In this document: positions 50,809 to 64,000 of the stretch, piece after piece
How positions within the stretch are numbered: the first letter of the stretch is position 1
How the letters are laid out: every line of letters starts with the position of its first letter
Source: Phoronis australis
Taxonomy: Eukaryota; Animalia; Phoronida
Assembly: GCA_002633005.1 (NCBI GenBank)
Contig: NMRA01000064.1
Span: 315,977-379,976 of the forward strand
Direction: 5' to 3'
DNA: 64,000 bases
Made by a program: the position numbers and the translations under genes
Notes under the pieces: generated by a model
Seen by the model: the letters and a program-made list of their open reading frames with translations, nothing else
Database searches by the model: none
Told to the model about the DNA's origin: nothing

Positions 50809-52410
50809 GTTTTAGCTCAGGCGAGCCGTTGAGGTACGAAAATAGACGTAGGTCTAGTAAGTGTACGGTAACAAATTCAAAATGTTTGCTAGAAAGACTA
50901 CGATGAAAATTCCCGAATTTAGGACAGTCATCCGAATTTCAGACACCTAAATCCAACCCTCTGAACTTTTTCGGATTTTGAAATTTGGGACACGGTCGAA
51001 TTCGACTTTCACCATTTTGTCAAATTTCGGACACATCGATTTTTGTGGCATTAGCCGTAATTCTCACATTTCGGACAGTGCGCTTTTTCGCATGATCAGG
51101 GGCTGAATGAAAATCTGGAATTTCATCAAATAAGGGTTATTATTTACACATTGTTTAAAACTGTCACCCGTGTAATGTCGCAGTCTATAGTTATCGATGT
51201 GGATGGTTTGTGTATATCTCGCACGTTTTCTTGGCAGTCGTTATCACGGACTCGAAATATTTGCCATTCTTGGCCGCGGTTTCACTATGCAAATGAAATG
51301 TGGGGTCTCCGACTTTTGCGTAACTGCCAGTGTCGCGCTTTGTGTTTGGATTAAAACCTAATTAATAAGCACCGGTGATGAGACCGTTGTGTTGTTAAGT
51401 CGAATTCCGGGTTCATGGCTTCAATTTTTTTCGGTGAATCTGCGGCCCACTTACCTTCCTCTTGGTGCCGTTCACTGTCAAGTTAAAACAGACTTTGTGA
51501 AAGTCGTGTAGTATACGTTAAAAAAGTTCATGTTTTAAATATATCTTCATGTCTCACTACTGTTTTATATTCTACATGAAATGATAGGGCTCTCTTGCAC
51601 CAAGGCTAACTAAAAGAATTTTGAAGCCATTTAAAACACAGTGTGAACCTATTAATCTTTAGTCAGAGTTGCCACCCGTCCCCAGTCCCTTTCATTGGTC
51701 GTTTGGCTCTTGGCGTGTGATTTGTAAAATGAAACCTGGGCCCATAGCCGAGATCGATCTAAATCCGCATACGCGCATAAAAATAAATTAGCGGACACCA
51801 ATGCTATCGCCCGAGTGAGCATAGGACAGATAAAATTACAACGGCAGTACCAGGAATGCAAGGACCGAGATTGTGGGGATGAACAGCTTTTATATTAAAG
51901 CATAATTAGCCTCGAAGCTTTCGTCCTTGTAGCCGGCTACTTGAACAGTCACTTGCGTGGTGTTTTGCGGTTAGAACTGCGTATGCTCTACCTACGTTAA
52001 ACTGTGATCTGGCCTGCTGCTATGTTTCGGAATAACAATTCCAACCTTTTATTGATTGAATATACCCCAGTCCTATAAAGCAACAGTTCCACAAAAGTTG
52101 GTCTAGATCACTTACTGTCCTAAGAGCCCTCTTGATTCACTTCTTACTCAGGTTAGAAATGCCGTCTGTAAATCAGTTTGTTACTAATACGAGACCAGGA
52201 TGAACAACTGGGTAGAGTTCCGTAGGACCTCGCTAAAAAGCAAGACTTCCTGAGATTATGAGGTATTTTCGATGAGATCATGAGATTTTGGTTAAATTTT
52301 TCTAGCCGCGAGACAGCTACTGAACTCTACCTGGGTCTCAAACAATAATGAACCGTTAATTCTTTCCAGGACTAGAAATCACTCATAACCTGAGAAAAGG
52401 AGAAAGTCCA
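50809..52410. mobile_element. ~1.6-kb insertion specific to copy B (probably composite DNA elements)
   Basis: Absent in copy A at ~26432; flanked by GGTC on both sides; TTCGGA/TCCGAA subrepeats; internal inverted repeat GGTAGAGTTC...GAACTCTACC (52211-52331). Confidence 0.6.
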
Positions 52411-53268
52411 GGTCTTTTTTTAAGTGACTTAACTCAAGATTTTTCACAGAAAGGTTTATTGTTAATAACCACAAGTGTGGTGTATTCAACCAATTTTGCA
52501 CATCAAAAAGGTTTATAGGAGCTTTTGAGGTTTTCTAAAATCATGGGAGAAGCAAAGCCAAAATATTTGAGATGTGTCAAAAGGGAGGTATTAGATACCA
52601 AGATTGGCCTGTAAAAACACAAACTTATGGTAGGTATAAAACCATGGATGCCATTGAAGGAGAATTGGTGAATGCTGTAAAATCTATACCATACTGCACT
52701 AGAGACGAAGGTAAAATCCATGTGTGGAAAGACTAATGAATACCTTGATTTCAGAATTCCTCGGAAGGGGTAAAGCTGCTCACTTTCAATAAATAGTAAG
52801 TGCACATTGCAAAAAGCTGTTAGATTCTCAATCCAAAATACTGACATAACAAAGATAACAAGATGACAAGAAAATACAGTCCTTCACTCCACTAAGTTCA
52901 CACACATATTCAACAGTCACAATCCCTCGTTTCCAAACATCTTGAACATTATAAAACATACAAAACTGCCAAGTGACAGATTGCATATTATCAGTATAAT
53001 ACAAATAAAAGAAATATTGCTTCTTAGACATATGACACTATTAATGATTGAAATACCTTATAAAAGTTAATCAGCAAGTCACCAAATTTCACTTTTCATG
53101 ATTTCAGTAATTTTCCAAATTTCCAAGGACATTTCAGAAAAATGCAATAGTGACTGTAGGCGTCAGTCTGCTGTGTATATGTTTGTTTCCAGTTCTCAAA
53201 AGACACGTGACATGACTTCTTGACCAAGGTCCAGTTTAATGTCCAGCAGTCCAAGCCACTAACCGCTG

Positions 53269-54754
53269 TCATGTCCTGGCATTTCTCTCACATTCCATAA
53301 GACATTCTCTCACCAATATCCTCGCCTGCACAATGCCTCGTTTTAACCTCTCCGCCGAGGTTCTGTTGCCAGCATATGTGGGACGAATGTCTTTTCCTAA
53401 ATCTTCAATCACAGCCAACAGACTGCCGTATTTAGTTTGGGGTTGCTGAAAAACAAACAATTTTGAGTTACGGTATCACTGAAATGCATCTGTGAAATAA
53501 TTAAGAAGTTTACTTTGAATGACGAAGAGACTTAAAAGGCAATGAATAACTTTAAAGTCCCACACAGCACTACGTATCAATGTAAAATTTAAACTGGAAT
53601 AAATCAAGTTAGGGAAGTTGAATATTTTCAAAGAAGAAATCACTGGTATATGGACCTAACATGTGTAACCAGGACAACCAACTTGCCGTCTAAAAGCACC
53701 AAAATAAGGATTCCACCCCAAAACACGGATCTTTAACAATAATAACTTTGTCTTCAAATTCCTTCATTGCACTTGGTGCTAAGAAGAGGAATAGCATTCT
53801 TAAAGACATAATGTGAATACACATTCATGGGGGGCTTCAACCATGAAACAGTTAACATTCCAGCTTGTGTCATCATGTGATATGGAGATGTGTACCATCA
53901 CCATAATAACATTACAAGCTAAATAGTAGTATAAAAGACAAACACACAATAGATAAAGCAGTGAGTGTCATAAGAACAAACATTCTGAATGGTTAGTTTA
54001 CTGTACCACTTTACCAACTAACTTTTATATTTAAACTCATAAACAGTCAAATCCTTTACTACTTGAGAATCGCATTGTAAATAAGCAATACCGTAACACA
54101 TACTTGTAAGCTTTTAAAAGTGTTGTCAATAAACAATTACACTAAATTGCCTTCACTACTATTTGATAGTGAATTATCATTTATGTAAAATCCATGCATT
54201 GAAAATAGCTATAAACCTGGGTTGTGTCTATAACTAACAATTACTGTTGCTTGCTCAGACTACTTACATTATAAGGCTGGTGAAGAACAGTCAGTTCAAT
54301 ACTGTTTGTGACTTAAGTACAAGTAGACTTGATCATGGCAGTTTAACATTTAATACACTAAACATGGTCTCGAGTAATCACCTAGCCCAGAAAACCCGAC
54401 CACCGTACACTATGCGCTCTAAATGAAAAATTAATTTTGTTGACAGGAGGTGGGTTTACAACAACTTCAAATAAAAAGACCGAGACATAAGTCACATGTT
54501 ACTAATTCATGAAAGTCACAAATCCATAACAAATACTCAATATTTTATTTCACTGAAGACAGGTACACATCATCTTGACCTACCTGTATTGCAGGTAATG
54601 GTTGATGAACTGTTGGTTTAATAACAGGTGGTGTACTGCAATCAGCAGCTCTGGGAGTGCCTGGATTGCTGGACACAGGCGTGTCACACTTAGATTGTGG
54701 CTTTGGCGAGTTGGAGACAGACTCTATTATAACATCATCATCTATGGTCGCCAT
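53269..54754 (-). CDS. CDK2AP1: Cyclin-dependent kinase 2-associated protein 1 (DOC-1 family, NuRD subunit), ~115 aa
   Basis: Exons 54584-54754 and 53269-53445. C-terminal [54 protein letters not shown] is the CDK2AP family domain. An acceptor TAG directly precedes the ATG; a likely upstream exon ends at 55940 (GAG|GTAATC). Confidence 0.93.
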
Positions 54755-55939
54755 CTAAATGAGAAGAGTTAGGAACACAGGTCATAAGACACCAATGTGT
54801 TGGCAGGGGCAACAAGGTCTGACAAAATGCAGTTGGAAGAGTTTGTCAAGATGCAGTGGAACACTCAACTAGTAACCTTAAGTAAGTTGTCAGCCCTTGA
54901 CGATTGTCATGATATATTGTAACGTCTAAAGACAGTTAACTGACCTCACTATAAATACACACACAGGTGCGCCCAAAGGGCACAGGTTCAAAACCTAATC
55001 AGGAATATCCCTGTGTAAGGCATGTCAGTTTCCGTGAAGACAAGTCTCAAGTGTGAACGTTTTGATGTTTTGTTTGCCGCAGCTTGGCTATGTTTAGCCA
55101 GCCAGCCAGTTAGCTGCAAGAAGACTATCGTCAAAATACAGCCAGGTACCACTGTGTGTTTTTCTTCCATAGACCCCGAAATTGCACACAGCCAGGGTAG
55201 TTCTGCTCGTCAACTTGCCGTGAAACCTGTATCAACATGTAGAGCTAAAGACTGGACGTGGTGCATGCAAAATCTGTGAATCAACCAACACTCACCTTGC
55301 CCATAACAACCGTTAAAGTGAAAAACTATGCAACAAACGGCATTTTCTTGCGTCACTCTCGACCTTTTGTAACAATGACAAGTATTTCATCGTTTTGAAA
55401 ACAGTACGCTCGTGTCATGCGCATGCACCATTTCCTAAATTTTTGCGACAACTTTGCAGCAGCAAAATTTGTTCAGAAATTCAGTTTTTCAGTATCAAAA
55501 TTCTAGAAACTAATGATGTGAAACCAGTTCCAATAATTTGTAGTGACCGTTTCAAAACTCTGCTTACGGTCCGGAGATAAACAAGGATTAAGATTGTCAA
55601 AACACGTATATTTGTGAAGGCTGATATATGTCCATGATAACACATGAGCAGTTGCTAACGGACATTGGATAGTATGACAATCAGCTGCTTATTATGCTTA
55701 TATTCACGACTTTAGGTCACCGGTGTGTATACAGCTTTGCGTTAAGGTAAGGCTAGGCTTTGTTATGTTGTTTCGCATAAGCATAACACTTCGGGTTTGT
55801 GTAGATTACTACGTTGTAGATCATAAATGAGCAAAAGATTTGATATAGGAGCAAGAAGAATAATGGAATTACTTAAAAAATGCTTAATTTTGACAGGGAG
55901 TTTTGGCGAAAGTTAGAAATGATTAGAGAAAATGATTAC

Positions 55940-56200
55940 CTCGAAGTTCTCCCGGATGTTCTAATGCGCAAGCTCACATTGGGAGCCACCTAGCGGCATA
56001 TTGCTTCACGTTCGGTTCAGTGTGGAAAGTTTATGAGCACATAGAAGTGTATTATAAGAATATCTCATTGAAGAGTCACGACATTTGACAAGGAGCCTGT
56101 GTTTATGATAAACGTTTAAGCTCTTTAGGTAAATTTGATGTTGAATTGCTTTACGCCGTACCTTATGTTGAAATGTTCGCATGTCGCCAGGTGACTCAGT
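55940..56200. promoter_or_regulatory. Probable bidirectional promoter region of CDK2AP1 (-) and GET4 (+)
   Basis: The genes are head-to-head and both ATG exons are preceded by acceptors, so 5' exons should lie here; CTCF-like GCCACCTAGCGGC at 55985-55997. Confidence 0.4.
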
Positions 56201-56806
56201 CGCCAGTCTCTTTCACTCTTTTGAGCCACTAGCTTCAGTTTCACATCTTCACTTGGAGAAATGAAAATCGTGAAGTATGTTGCTCTTTCCTAAAATTTGG
56301 TTACTTGCTTGTTTCGCTTTTGTTTTTAGTGTGTAGCTGTTTTTCTTCTCTTACTGACGAAATTTATACCCATATGTTAGTCCTCTCTAGACAATAGACG
56401 ACTCACTTCCTAATCCTATAATTTAAATGAATTATTGTCCAACCCAAGGCCAAGTTATCAGTGTCTGTCGCCTTAATTGACTTTAGTGAACTGATTTCAC
56501 CATTTGCTCATTACTTAAAGTAGTAGTGAGCTTTATGAAAGCTCCTTATATGAACCCGTGACAACATTATCTTCAGGTTTAACTTCGGATGTCATTTACA
56601 GATTTTTAACGCATGGGTGTGAAAGAAAACTTGGCTGAAGTGATCAAAATGTTAGCTCTGTGTATTAGTTCTCGAGTGCATGTAGAATAGTTTCCGTGGT
56701 GGTCTTGATTTGAAATAGCCACTATCTAGTTTGTGTAATTATGTCGGGCAGCTATTCTAGAAATGTAAGTGTCATTTAGAATCAAATTATGGCTTTCTTT
56801 TCAGCT

Positions 56807-59800
56807 ATGGCAGCAAGGAACAGTGGTGCTATCGAGCGAGTAAAAGCAAAACTACAAAACAACATTGAAAGTGGCAGGTACTATGAAGCTCATCAAATGT
56901 ACAGAACCCTCCATTACAGGCAAGTTACGGGATTGAGTGAACAGCCGTTGGTGGTGTCTGCTCAGCTGAAAATATTGTTCACAAATGTAATTAGTCAAAA
57001 CTAAACCTGACCTTAATAGATTTATAAAATGTATAACCGCACATGTTAGATGCTACCAGTTTCCATCCCATAATACAATCCAAAATTGTGGTTTTCAATG
57101 TAACGCCTGCATGTGGCTTAAAACTAGGAAATAGTTGTAAATAGCTATTAAAGACCATGGATACTCCTTTCAATTTGTTTTTGAAATAGGGTAAAAATGT
57201 AAAACAATTAGTGCAATACTCTCAGCTATTGTAAGTGGCAATTTTATGTCCTTTATATTTTACGTTTTTCAACAGATACACAACACAAGAGCGCTTCAGA
57301 GACAGTGTTGACTTGTTGTATTCTGGGGCAGTTTTACTGTTGAAGAAAGAGCAGGTAAGTTCTTTTTAGCAATATTTAGTTAGAGATTTGTCCCTGACTC
57401 CAATATGAGGATTTCTTGAGTAACAATTGGCCTAGAGGGGTTTTAATTATAGGTTTTAAAAGTCGCTAATTTTACTGTATAAATCCAACTTTTGCATTGC
57501 TACACTGGCCATGACAAGAGCCCAGTAATTAATTTAGTCTGAAATACCAAGGTCCACCACGGTTTGAAAGCTCTGTTATTTATTTCTGCACGACCAGTGT
57601 TCTGTTTCATGAAAGTCACTTAAGGCTTAATTTAGAAATTTGAATTTACACTCTCTCTTCATTGTTGCTGAAAAAAGGTTTAGCCAAGTGATTGTTATCA
57701 GCGTGTCATGGTTTATAATTAATGTACAGAAATTATATCAGTAACTCTGACTTTGTATTATTCTTAGAGATGTAGGACTTTTGCACAAGTTAGGTTTAAT
57801 TATTTTTCTGACAGAAATTGTTGTGTGAAGTGTAATAATTTTCTGACACAACTCTTAAAGCTCTAAAGATGCGTTTTGTGTTTTGTATAATTCCCTCTAC
57901 TTTCAATCAATATTGAGAACTTTGGAAAATGTGATTTTTGTGATTTTGAAATAAATAAGAATTTCCGGTCAAACGTATTAGGGGAATCTAAAATTATGAA
58001 AGTAACTTTGTAAGGATTTTAGTTCTCTTAGGTCCTGTATGTCAAGTTTCAGCATATTGCATTACATTTACAGAATTTTTATGACAATTATCACAATATT
58101 TTTGTTGATATATTTGTTCAGCCATTTTCATCTCTTTACAGTATGAGAGCGGGGTGGACTTGTCATTTCTTGTGATTGAATCCCTCAAGAACCTAGGAGT
58201 GCAGTGTACAGACAAAGATATTGGTACGTTATCACTGGCTGCACAGAATAACCCCAGGTTACCTGAAACTGGCTGAGAATTTCAGATTGTTTTTGTTGTT
58301 TTCTATATTATTGTCAAGAACTAATTGATTTGATTTTGATCACATGACAGTTCTGTCAATCATTGTCTGGTACATATTTGAGTGATAATTTCGAATGTAT
58401 CTGCTTTTATTGTTGAAAACTCTGGCTTGCCCATCCTTGCATTAAAATCGAATCTGGATTCTTGTTCAAATAGGGAAGAATCTTGTACCATATGTTGTGT
58501 TGCGTTTGTACTTAACTAATAAAATTACACGTTCTAGAAAATGTTGCCGAGTTACATCGTCTCATTCCTCCCGAGTGCCCAGATAGAACGACGTTTGTAC
58601 TGAAGTCAATTCAATGGTCAAGCACTTTACATCCACCCTGTAAAAATGGACACCCACTACTTCATCAGTATTTTGCTGCAGACTATTGGAAAGGTAAGCG
58701 CTATTACCACTTGGTGGTGTAATGTTGGGGTGCATGTTATGTATTTGAGGTAATATGAAATGTGTTGCCTGTTTCAAGATTATGTCAAAAGTAGTATTCA
58801 ATTTGTCGATGCCACCAAGGAGTTTACAATTGTACTACACTCCTTGATTCCTTGATACCACTACAAGATTATGTCACAAGTAGCGCTAGTCACAAGTAGC
58901 GCTAGTCGCAAGTAGCGCTAGTCGCAAGTAGCGCTAGTCGCAAGTAGCGCTAGTCGCAAGTAGCGCTAGTCGCAAGTAGCGCTAGTCGCAAGTAGCGCTA
59001 GTCGCAAGTAGCGCTAGTCGCAAGTAGCGCTAGTCGCAAGTAGTGCTAGTCGCAAGTAGTGCTAGTCGCAAGTAGTGCTAGTCGTAAGTAGTGCTAGTCG
59101 CAAGTAGTGCTCAATTTGTCACTACAAAGAGCTCCAGTTCTAATCTCTGTAGTCGAAACCAAACTCGAAGTTATGTTTCACAATTTCCCTCTACTTTTGT
59201 GTGAACTCAAAAAGAATGTCTGTACGTTATGGTTGTTGCAGTCCAATTTTGCACTAGATGACCCCTTAGATTCGAGCTACGAACTAGTGAAAATTTTGAG
59301 ATTTCGAGTTCAGACTCAAACTTAAAGTTAAATTCTGGGGTCATCAAGTGCAGACTAGGATTATGCAGTCATCCACGTAAACCATGTACTTTTAACACTT
59401 ATCTTGAGTTCTTACAAAACTAGAATAGAATATGCCAAAATAATCTGGAGTTCAGTTCCGTGTACACAGATTAGGTGCCTTGCATAGCAGCTGCTTCTAT
59501 AAACCTTTGACAGCTACCCGCATGACATGCTTGTGGTTTGGTGTGAACATCAATGTTCATCGGTTGTAATGTGGCAGGTGGTGGTGTCAAACCATGGGGA
59601 AAAACTTGCGTTTGGTGCTTCAAAGATTATGTTAATATGTACCTTGAAACAACTAAAGTATTTTGTATTACACATTGTTCTTTCTATATTGTTGCATTTC
59701 TTGTTTCTTGCCTTTTCCGGTTTGTAAAGTAGTGAATATCAACCAATACAGAATAGTATATAGTTTTCAAATTCCTGAAATGTTAGTATCAATAGACAAG

Positions 59801-62800
59801 GAAATAAAAAACAAAATTCAACAAAACATTGTTTGTATGAGTCGTTCTTTCTGTTATCTTAACCAGGAAGACAATAGGGTAAATGTGTTCCTGTGAGTTA
59901 ATGAAAATTAAATGGAGTATTTGTGTATTGTGGCAAGACAGCTAGAGCCACAGATTAGCATGACATTGTGCAGACGTACTGAGTTATTGGAATGTTTACA
60001 GAAAAGAACTATCACCAGTCTCGATATCACTATCTCCGTTCACAAGATGGGGAAGGATGTGCCTCTATGCTTATTGAATATCACGTGACTCAGGGCTACC
60101 AATCAGAGGTCGACTTATTTATTGCTCAGATTGTGTTCCAGTAAGTATCTTATTTTTAGTTGATTTTGTCATGAAACTTTAATTTTTAAAGCTACTTGTA
60201 AGAAGTGCTTTTGATTGTTCATTTTTATGTGCCCACATATTTATATGTGGACGCATTATGCCGTCATGCCTGTCCGTTCGTCCGGCGTCCGCTGCTCTAT
60301 CTCAAAAATCCTTTGACATATGTACGTGAAATTTTGCACCATGTGTTCCTTTCATGGATGGGACGGCATGAGCAAACTTTTGGACGGCTCCAACTACTGG
60401 TGTGTCCCCTAGTGGCAATTTTAGTTTTTTACGTTTACCTTTGTATCTTCAAAGGTCCTCAACATATTTTGATAAAAGTTGTCATGTGAGATGACGTTAT
60501 CCTCTCGTTTTCGAATGGATTGGATGTAGTTTGCGCCACGTAGTGGCCATTTTTACTATTTTCAAGTTTGTTTTTGGCGTCCACCCCTCTATCAACCAAA
60601 CCGTTCTAACGATGATTGTGATAATTGGCATGTATATTCTTTCTATGAAGAGAACAACTGATAATGATTTTCCTACGACTTCGACTACTGTTGCGCCTCA
60701 TAGTGGCAGTTTTGTTTTTTTTTGTGCCCATGGCTGTATCTCCCAAACCGTTTGCAGGATCTTTACTAAATTTAGCAAGTGTATTTATATGATGTTGACA
60801 ACGGACGACAACGACTTTCAGACGGATCTGACCACCGGTGTGCCCCCTAGTGGCAATTTTTGTTTTTTACGTTTACCTCTTTATCTTTAAAGGTCTTCAA
60901 CGGATTTTGGATTATAGGCATCTATTGGTGAGATGACGCTATCTTATTTTCGGATGGAATCGAGGTGTTTTGCACCACCTAGTGGCCATTTTTTCTCTTA
61001 TCGGCGTCCGCCCCTCAATCAACCAAACCATTCTTAGGATGATTTTGAGGATTGGCGTATATGTTCTTAGTGTGAAGAGGACGGTTGACGATGACGACTT
61101 TGACTACTGTGGCGCCTCCTAGTGGTAGTTTTGTTTTATTTTGTGATCATAGCTGTATCTCCTAAATCCACCGCAGGATCTTTATTAAATTTAGTAAGTG
61201 TATTTATATGAAGATAACAACAGATGACAACAACGACTTTCAGGCGGGTCCAACGAACGCTGTGCCCCCTTGTGGCAATTTCATTTTTTTCCATTTTTCT
61301 TTGTTTCANGGCAATTTTAGTTTTTTACGTTTACCTCTTTATCTTTAAAGGTCTTCAACGGATTTTGGAATATAGGCATCTATTGGTGAGATGACGCTAT
61401 CTTATTTTCGGATGGAATCGAGGTGTTTTGCACCACCTAGTGGCCATTTTTTCTGTTTTCGGCGTCCGCCCCTCAATCAACCAAACCATTCTTAGGATGA
61501 TTTTGAGAATTGGCGTATATGTTCTTAGTGTGAAGAGGACGGTTGACGATGACGACTTTGACTACTGTGGCGCCTCCTAGTGGTAGTTTTGTTTTATTTT
61601 GTGATCATAGCTGTATCTCCTAAATCCACCACAGGATCTTTATTAAATTTAGTAAGTGTATTTATATGAAGATAACAACATATGACAACAACGACTTTCA
61701 GGCGGGTCCAACGAACGCTGTGCCCCCTTGTGGCAATTTCATTTTTTTCCATTTTTCTTTGTTTCACTGAAGTTCCTTGACAGATTTTTATGAAATTTGG
61801 TAAATAGCTTTCTATTAAAGAAGTGATAGCATGTTCACATTTTCAGATGGATTCGATGTTTTTGCGCCATCTAGTGGCCTTTTTTATGATATAAATAAGC
61901 AACCCCAGAAGCACACTGTTTGCGGTGCGCATTGCAACGCTCCAAATCCATTCAGTGGTCAAATCAAAGAATGTTTTAGCAACAATAGTTCTTCTTTTGT
62001 AGTGATGAGCACAAAGTTGTAAGTACACGCCTCACCCGTGGATGTAAAAAATTTAGTCTCTCCCCCTGTTTATAATAAAAAAAAAATTTTCTCATGTGCT
62101 ACTGCATTTGAACATATAAAATATGCTTACAGTAGTCATTTTTGAATTTATGCACTTTGTTTTCTGTCCATTCTACTCCATATTGTACTTGAAGGTCATA
62201 GATCAGCGTGCAAGGGTTTGTTAATCAAATTTGCTCAATGCGTATTATGAAGAATGAGTCGATAATAAGGTCAGCCTAGGCACGCTGGACTTTATCTACT
62301 CCTCTTCAGATGTGTTTTCCTGTCGACACCAAAAATATTTACACTGGCTGTGCATGATTCACTCTTGTGGCATATATACTGGATTGACTCTCCAGACTTG
62401 ACTGACTTGCCTCAAAAATCCATCGGATGTCTTAGTCAGATGACCCTGTTGAGTGAAGCAAGTGCAGTCTCTAAGTCATCTTGTTTAACTCATCGTCTTT
62501 AAGAAGAACCGAATCATGGCAAACCATGAACCAAATAATGGTTTTCATAGATGGGGCTTTAATACTTTTGTTGGTGTTGATAGAGTGGGATACTGGCATA
62601 TCTACTGTGTTCTTGTGTTTTAGATTTTTGTGCTTGAAGAATGAAAAAACAGCATGTGTAGCATTCGGATCATACGGCAAAAATCACCCTCAAGTGAAAT
62701 CGACGGCTCCTTACGTCCTGCCGCTTCTCAACTTTTTACAGTTTCTATTGATAGCAGTGAAAAGGTAAGTCTTGGCTAAGCCTTTGATGCCTCAATTTTG

Positions 62801-63771
62801 GGTCAGAATATGGGCCCCGTTCCCCATGAAAAATATTTTGAAATCATGCAAAATTTCCTCATCAGACCCCAAAATTCTCTTTCAGTGATTAAAAATCCTT
62901 TCAATGTGAGAATTTTTTCTGCAAAACGTTTTTGGCTTCTTGAGGCATTGGTTTCCCCTCAGGTGAGTGAGAACTATGCCTGGTGAGGTTAGCAAGTGGT
63001 ACAGTGCAATAGTAACTTATGTTGAGTAGGTCTTCAAGGAATCCTGAAGTGTAAAAACAATTTCAATGGTTAGATCATACACAGAGCAAATGAAATACCT
63101 CACTGAGATGATGTCCTGTGAAAGTCCCAGGTAACAGCCAATTAAAATGAATGACCTTGACCTTACTAGTTAGAGGAGGCATTGTGCACTAGTGGGATAA
63201 TTGTCGCTTCTTTTGCTCAAGGTCATGCATGGGTTTGATTTCCACTGGGGCACATTGTTAGACCCTTGAGTCAGGTCTCTAGCTCCTCGGTTCTCTTTTA
63301 ACTGTATATTAATAAAGCATAAAAATGGTTCCAGGTGATCAGTGCAGTTGGCCCACCTGAGTGGCCTGCGCACGTCTCGTGCAATGTGTACCAGACCGCC
63401 TGCAATTATATACCTCACTAGTTCTTAATTTATACTAATTTCCTATTGGTTGGCACATTCTGTGTTTGTTTGGGTTAGTGCCCATGGTCACTTAAATGTC
63501 CTTCCTGGATTTTCAGTATTTTCACTATGTCACGTCCATGTTTACGCTGTTCTCGGCTTTACACCCAATTCCTGATGTTTTCATTTAACAGTTTTAATGC
63601 TGTGGGTGTTAACTCGACCAAATTCATTAAATTGTGTTAGTACAAATCATGCGTGTTCATGTTCTGCTAATGTAAATTGATGCCTTGTTTTTCAGTGGTA
63701 CCATAACACATTATGCAATACTGTGTGAGAAATACAAACCAGCCATTGATCGTGACCCCACAAACTGCAAG
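56807..63771 (+). CDS. GET4: Golgi to ER traffic protein 4 homolog (TRC35), first 7 coding exons; continues beyond the window
   Basis: Exons 56807-56919 (GC donor), 57276-57354, 58142-58223, 58538-58693, 60002-60140, 62624-62764, 63696-63771. Motifs GRYYEAHQMYRTL, ESGVDLS, GHPLLHQ, SRYHYL, GYQSEVDLFIAQ, PLLNFLQFLL, LCEKYKPAIDRDP. Confidence 0.95.
58877..59111. repeat. Minisatellite, 16-bp unit CAAGTAGCGCTAGTCG, ~14 copies
   Basis: Direct periodicity; unit contains the palindrome TAGCGCTA; 3' units carry a GCG>GTG variant. Confidence 0.95.
60222..61950 (+). mobile_element. Helentron-associated (HINE/Pearl-like) element with internal ~145-bp tandem repeats in ~440-bp higher-order units
   Basis: Starts TTTTTATG + short hairpin (CCACATAT..ATATGTGG) + (TCCG)n-like tract, then diverged tandem core repeats; lies in GET4 intron 5. 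Confidence 0.65.
63180..63395 (+). mobile_element. SINE-like element, same family as 46670-46890
   Basis: Shared body sequence; degenerate B box GGTTTGATTTCC. Confidence 0.65.
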
Positions 63772-64000
63772 GTAGATATGCACAATGCACATTTTTCAAC
63801 CTGGACTTGTAAAATATTGGAGATAATCTTTTGAACTAATTACAATGTTCGATGCTTTTCATGTTATCTGTTACGCTAGCTAAACTGCAGCTTATGATCT
63901 GCACAAAATAAGGGAGCCTGGCTTGTTACCACAAAAGTTGTGGTGTCATCTGGGCTAATTAAAGTTTTGGTTACCGTAGTCGTACACGTTAATGCATATT

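Larger units (their letters stand above)
28141..54958. repeat. Tandem segmental duplication, copy B (retains CDK2AP1)
   Basis: Same collinearity as copy A; longer because of LINE and DNA-element insertions and the retained CDK2AP1 exons. Confidence 0.95.

Noticed and set aside
59240-59365. Inverted repeat TGCACTAGATGACCCC/GGGGTCATCAAGTGCA as a structured RNA
   Set aside because: Looks like an ordinary decayed MITE; no conservation evidence within the window.
61309-61766. Near-identical ~457-bp duplication of 60852-61308
   Set aside because: Starts at a single N, so it may be a contig-overlap artefact; not counted as an independent event.

Overview
AT-rich, intron-rich metazoan (probably invertebrate) genomic DNA, so the bacterial-style ORF track is mostly spurious; genes were rebuilt by hand from splice sites and intron phases. 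Gene order: 3' part of LRRC45 (+); then an ~18 kb / ~27 kb tandem segmental duplication (copy A ~9417-27469, copy B ~28141-54958). Each copy holds an intact 9-exon gamma-glutamyl hydrolase gene (GGH, -) head-to-head with a 2-exon, 210-aa protein I do not recognise (+). CDK2AP1 (-) is intact in copy B, but its whole coding region is deleted from copy A at a GTCAT microhomology. The window ends in the first 7 coding exons of GET4 (+; first coding intron is GC-AG). Introns contain minisatellites, MITE/hAT-like elements, tRNA-derived SINE-like elements, Helentron-associated-like elements and a decayed CR1/L2-like LINE with a 2A-like DIELNPGP motif. Best leads: a ~150-nt hairpin in GGH intron 5 that is almost identical in both copies and masks a candidate in-frame 15-nt microexon; divergence of the GGH paralogues; the orphan protein with a calmodulin-binding-like tail; loss of the duplicate CDK2AP1; and a phased array of CTCF-like motifs. 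Assembly gaps: 16804-17291 and single Ns at 22908 and 61309. Family assignments come from my recall of the protein families, not from database searches.
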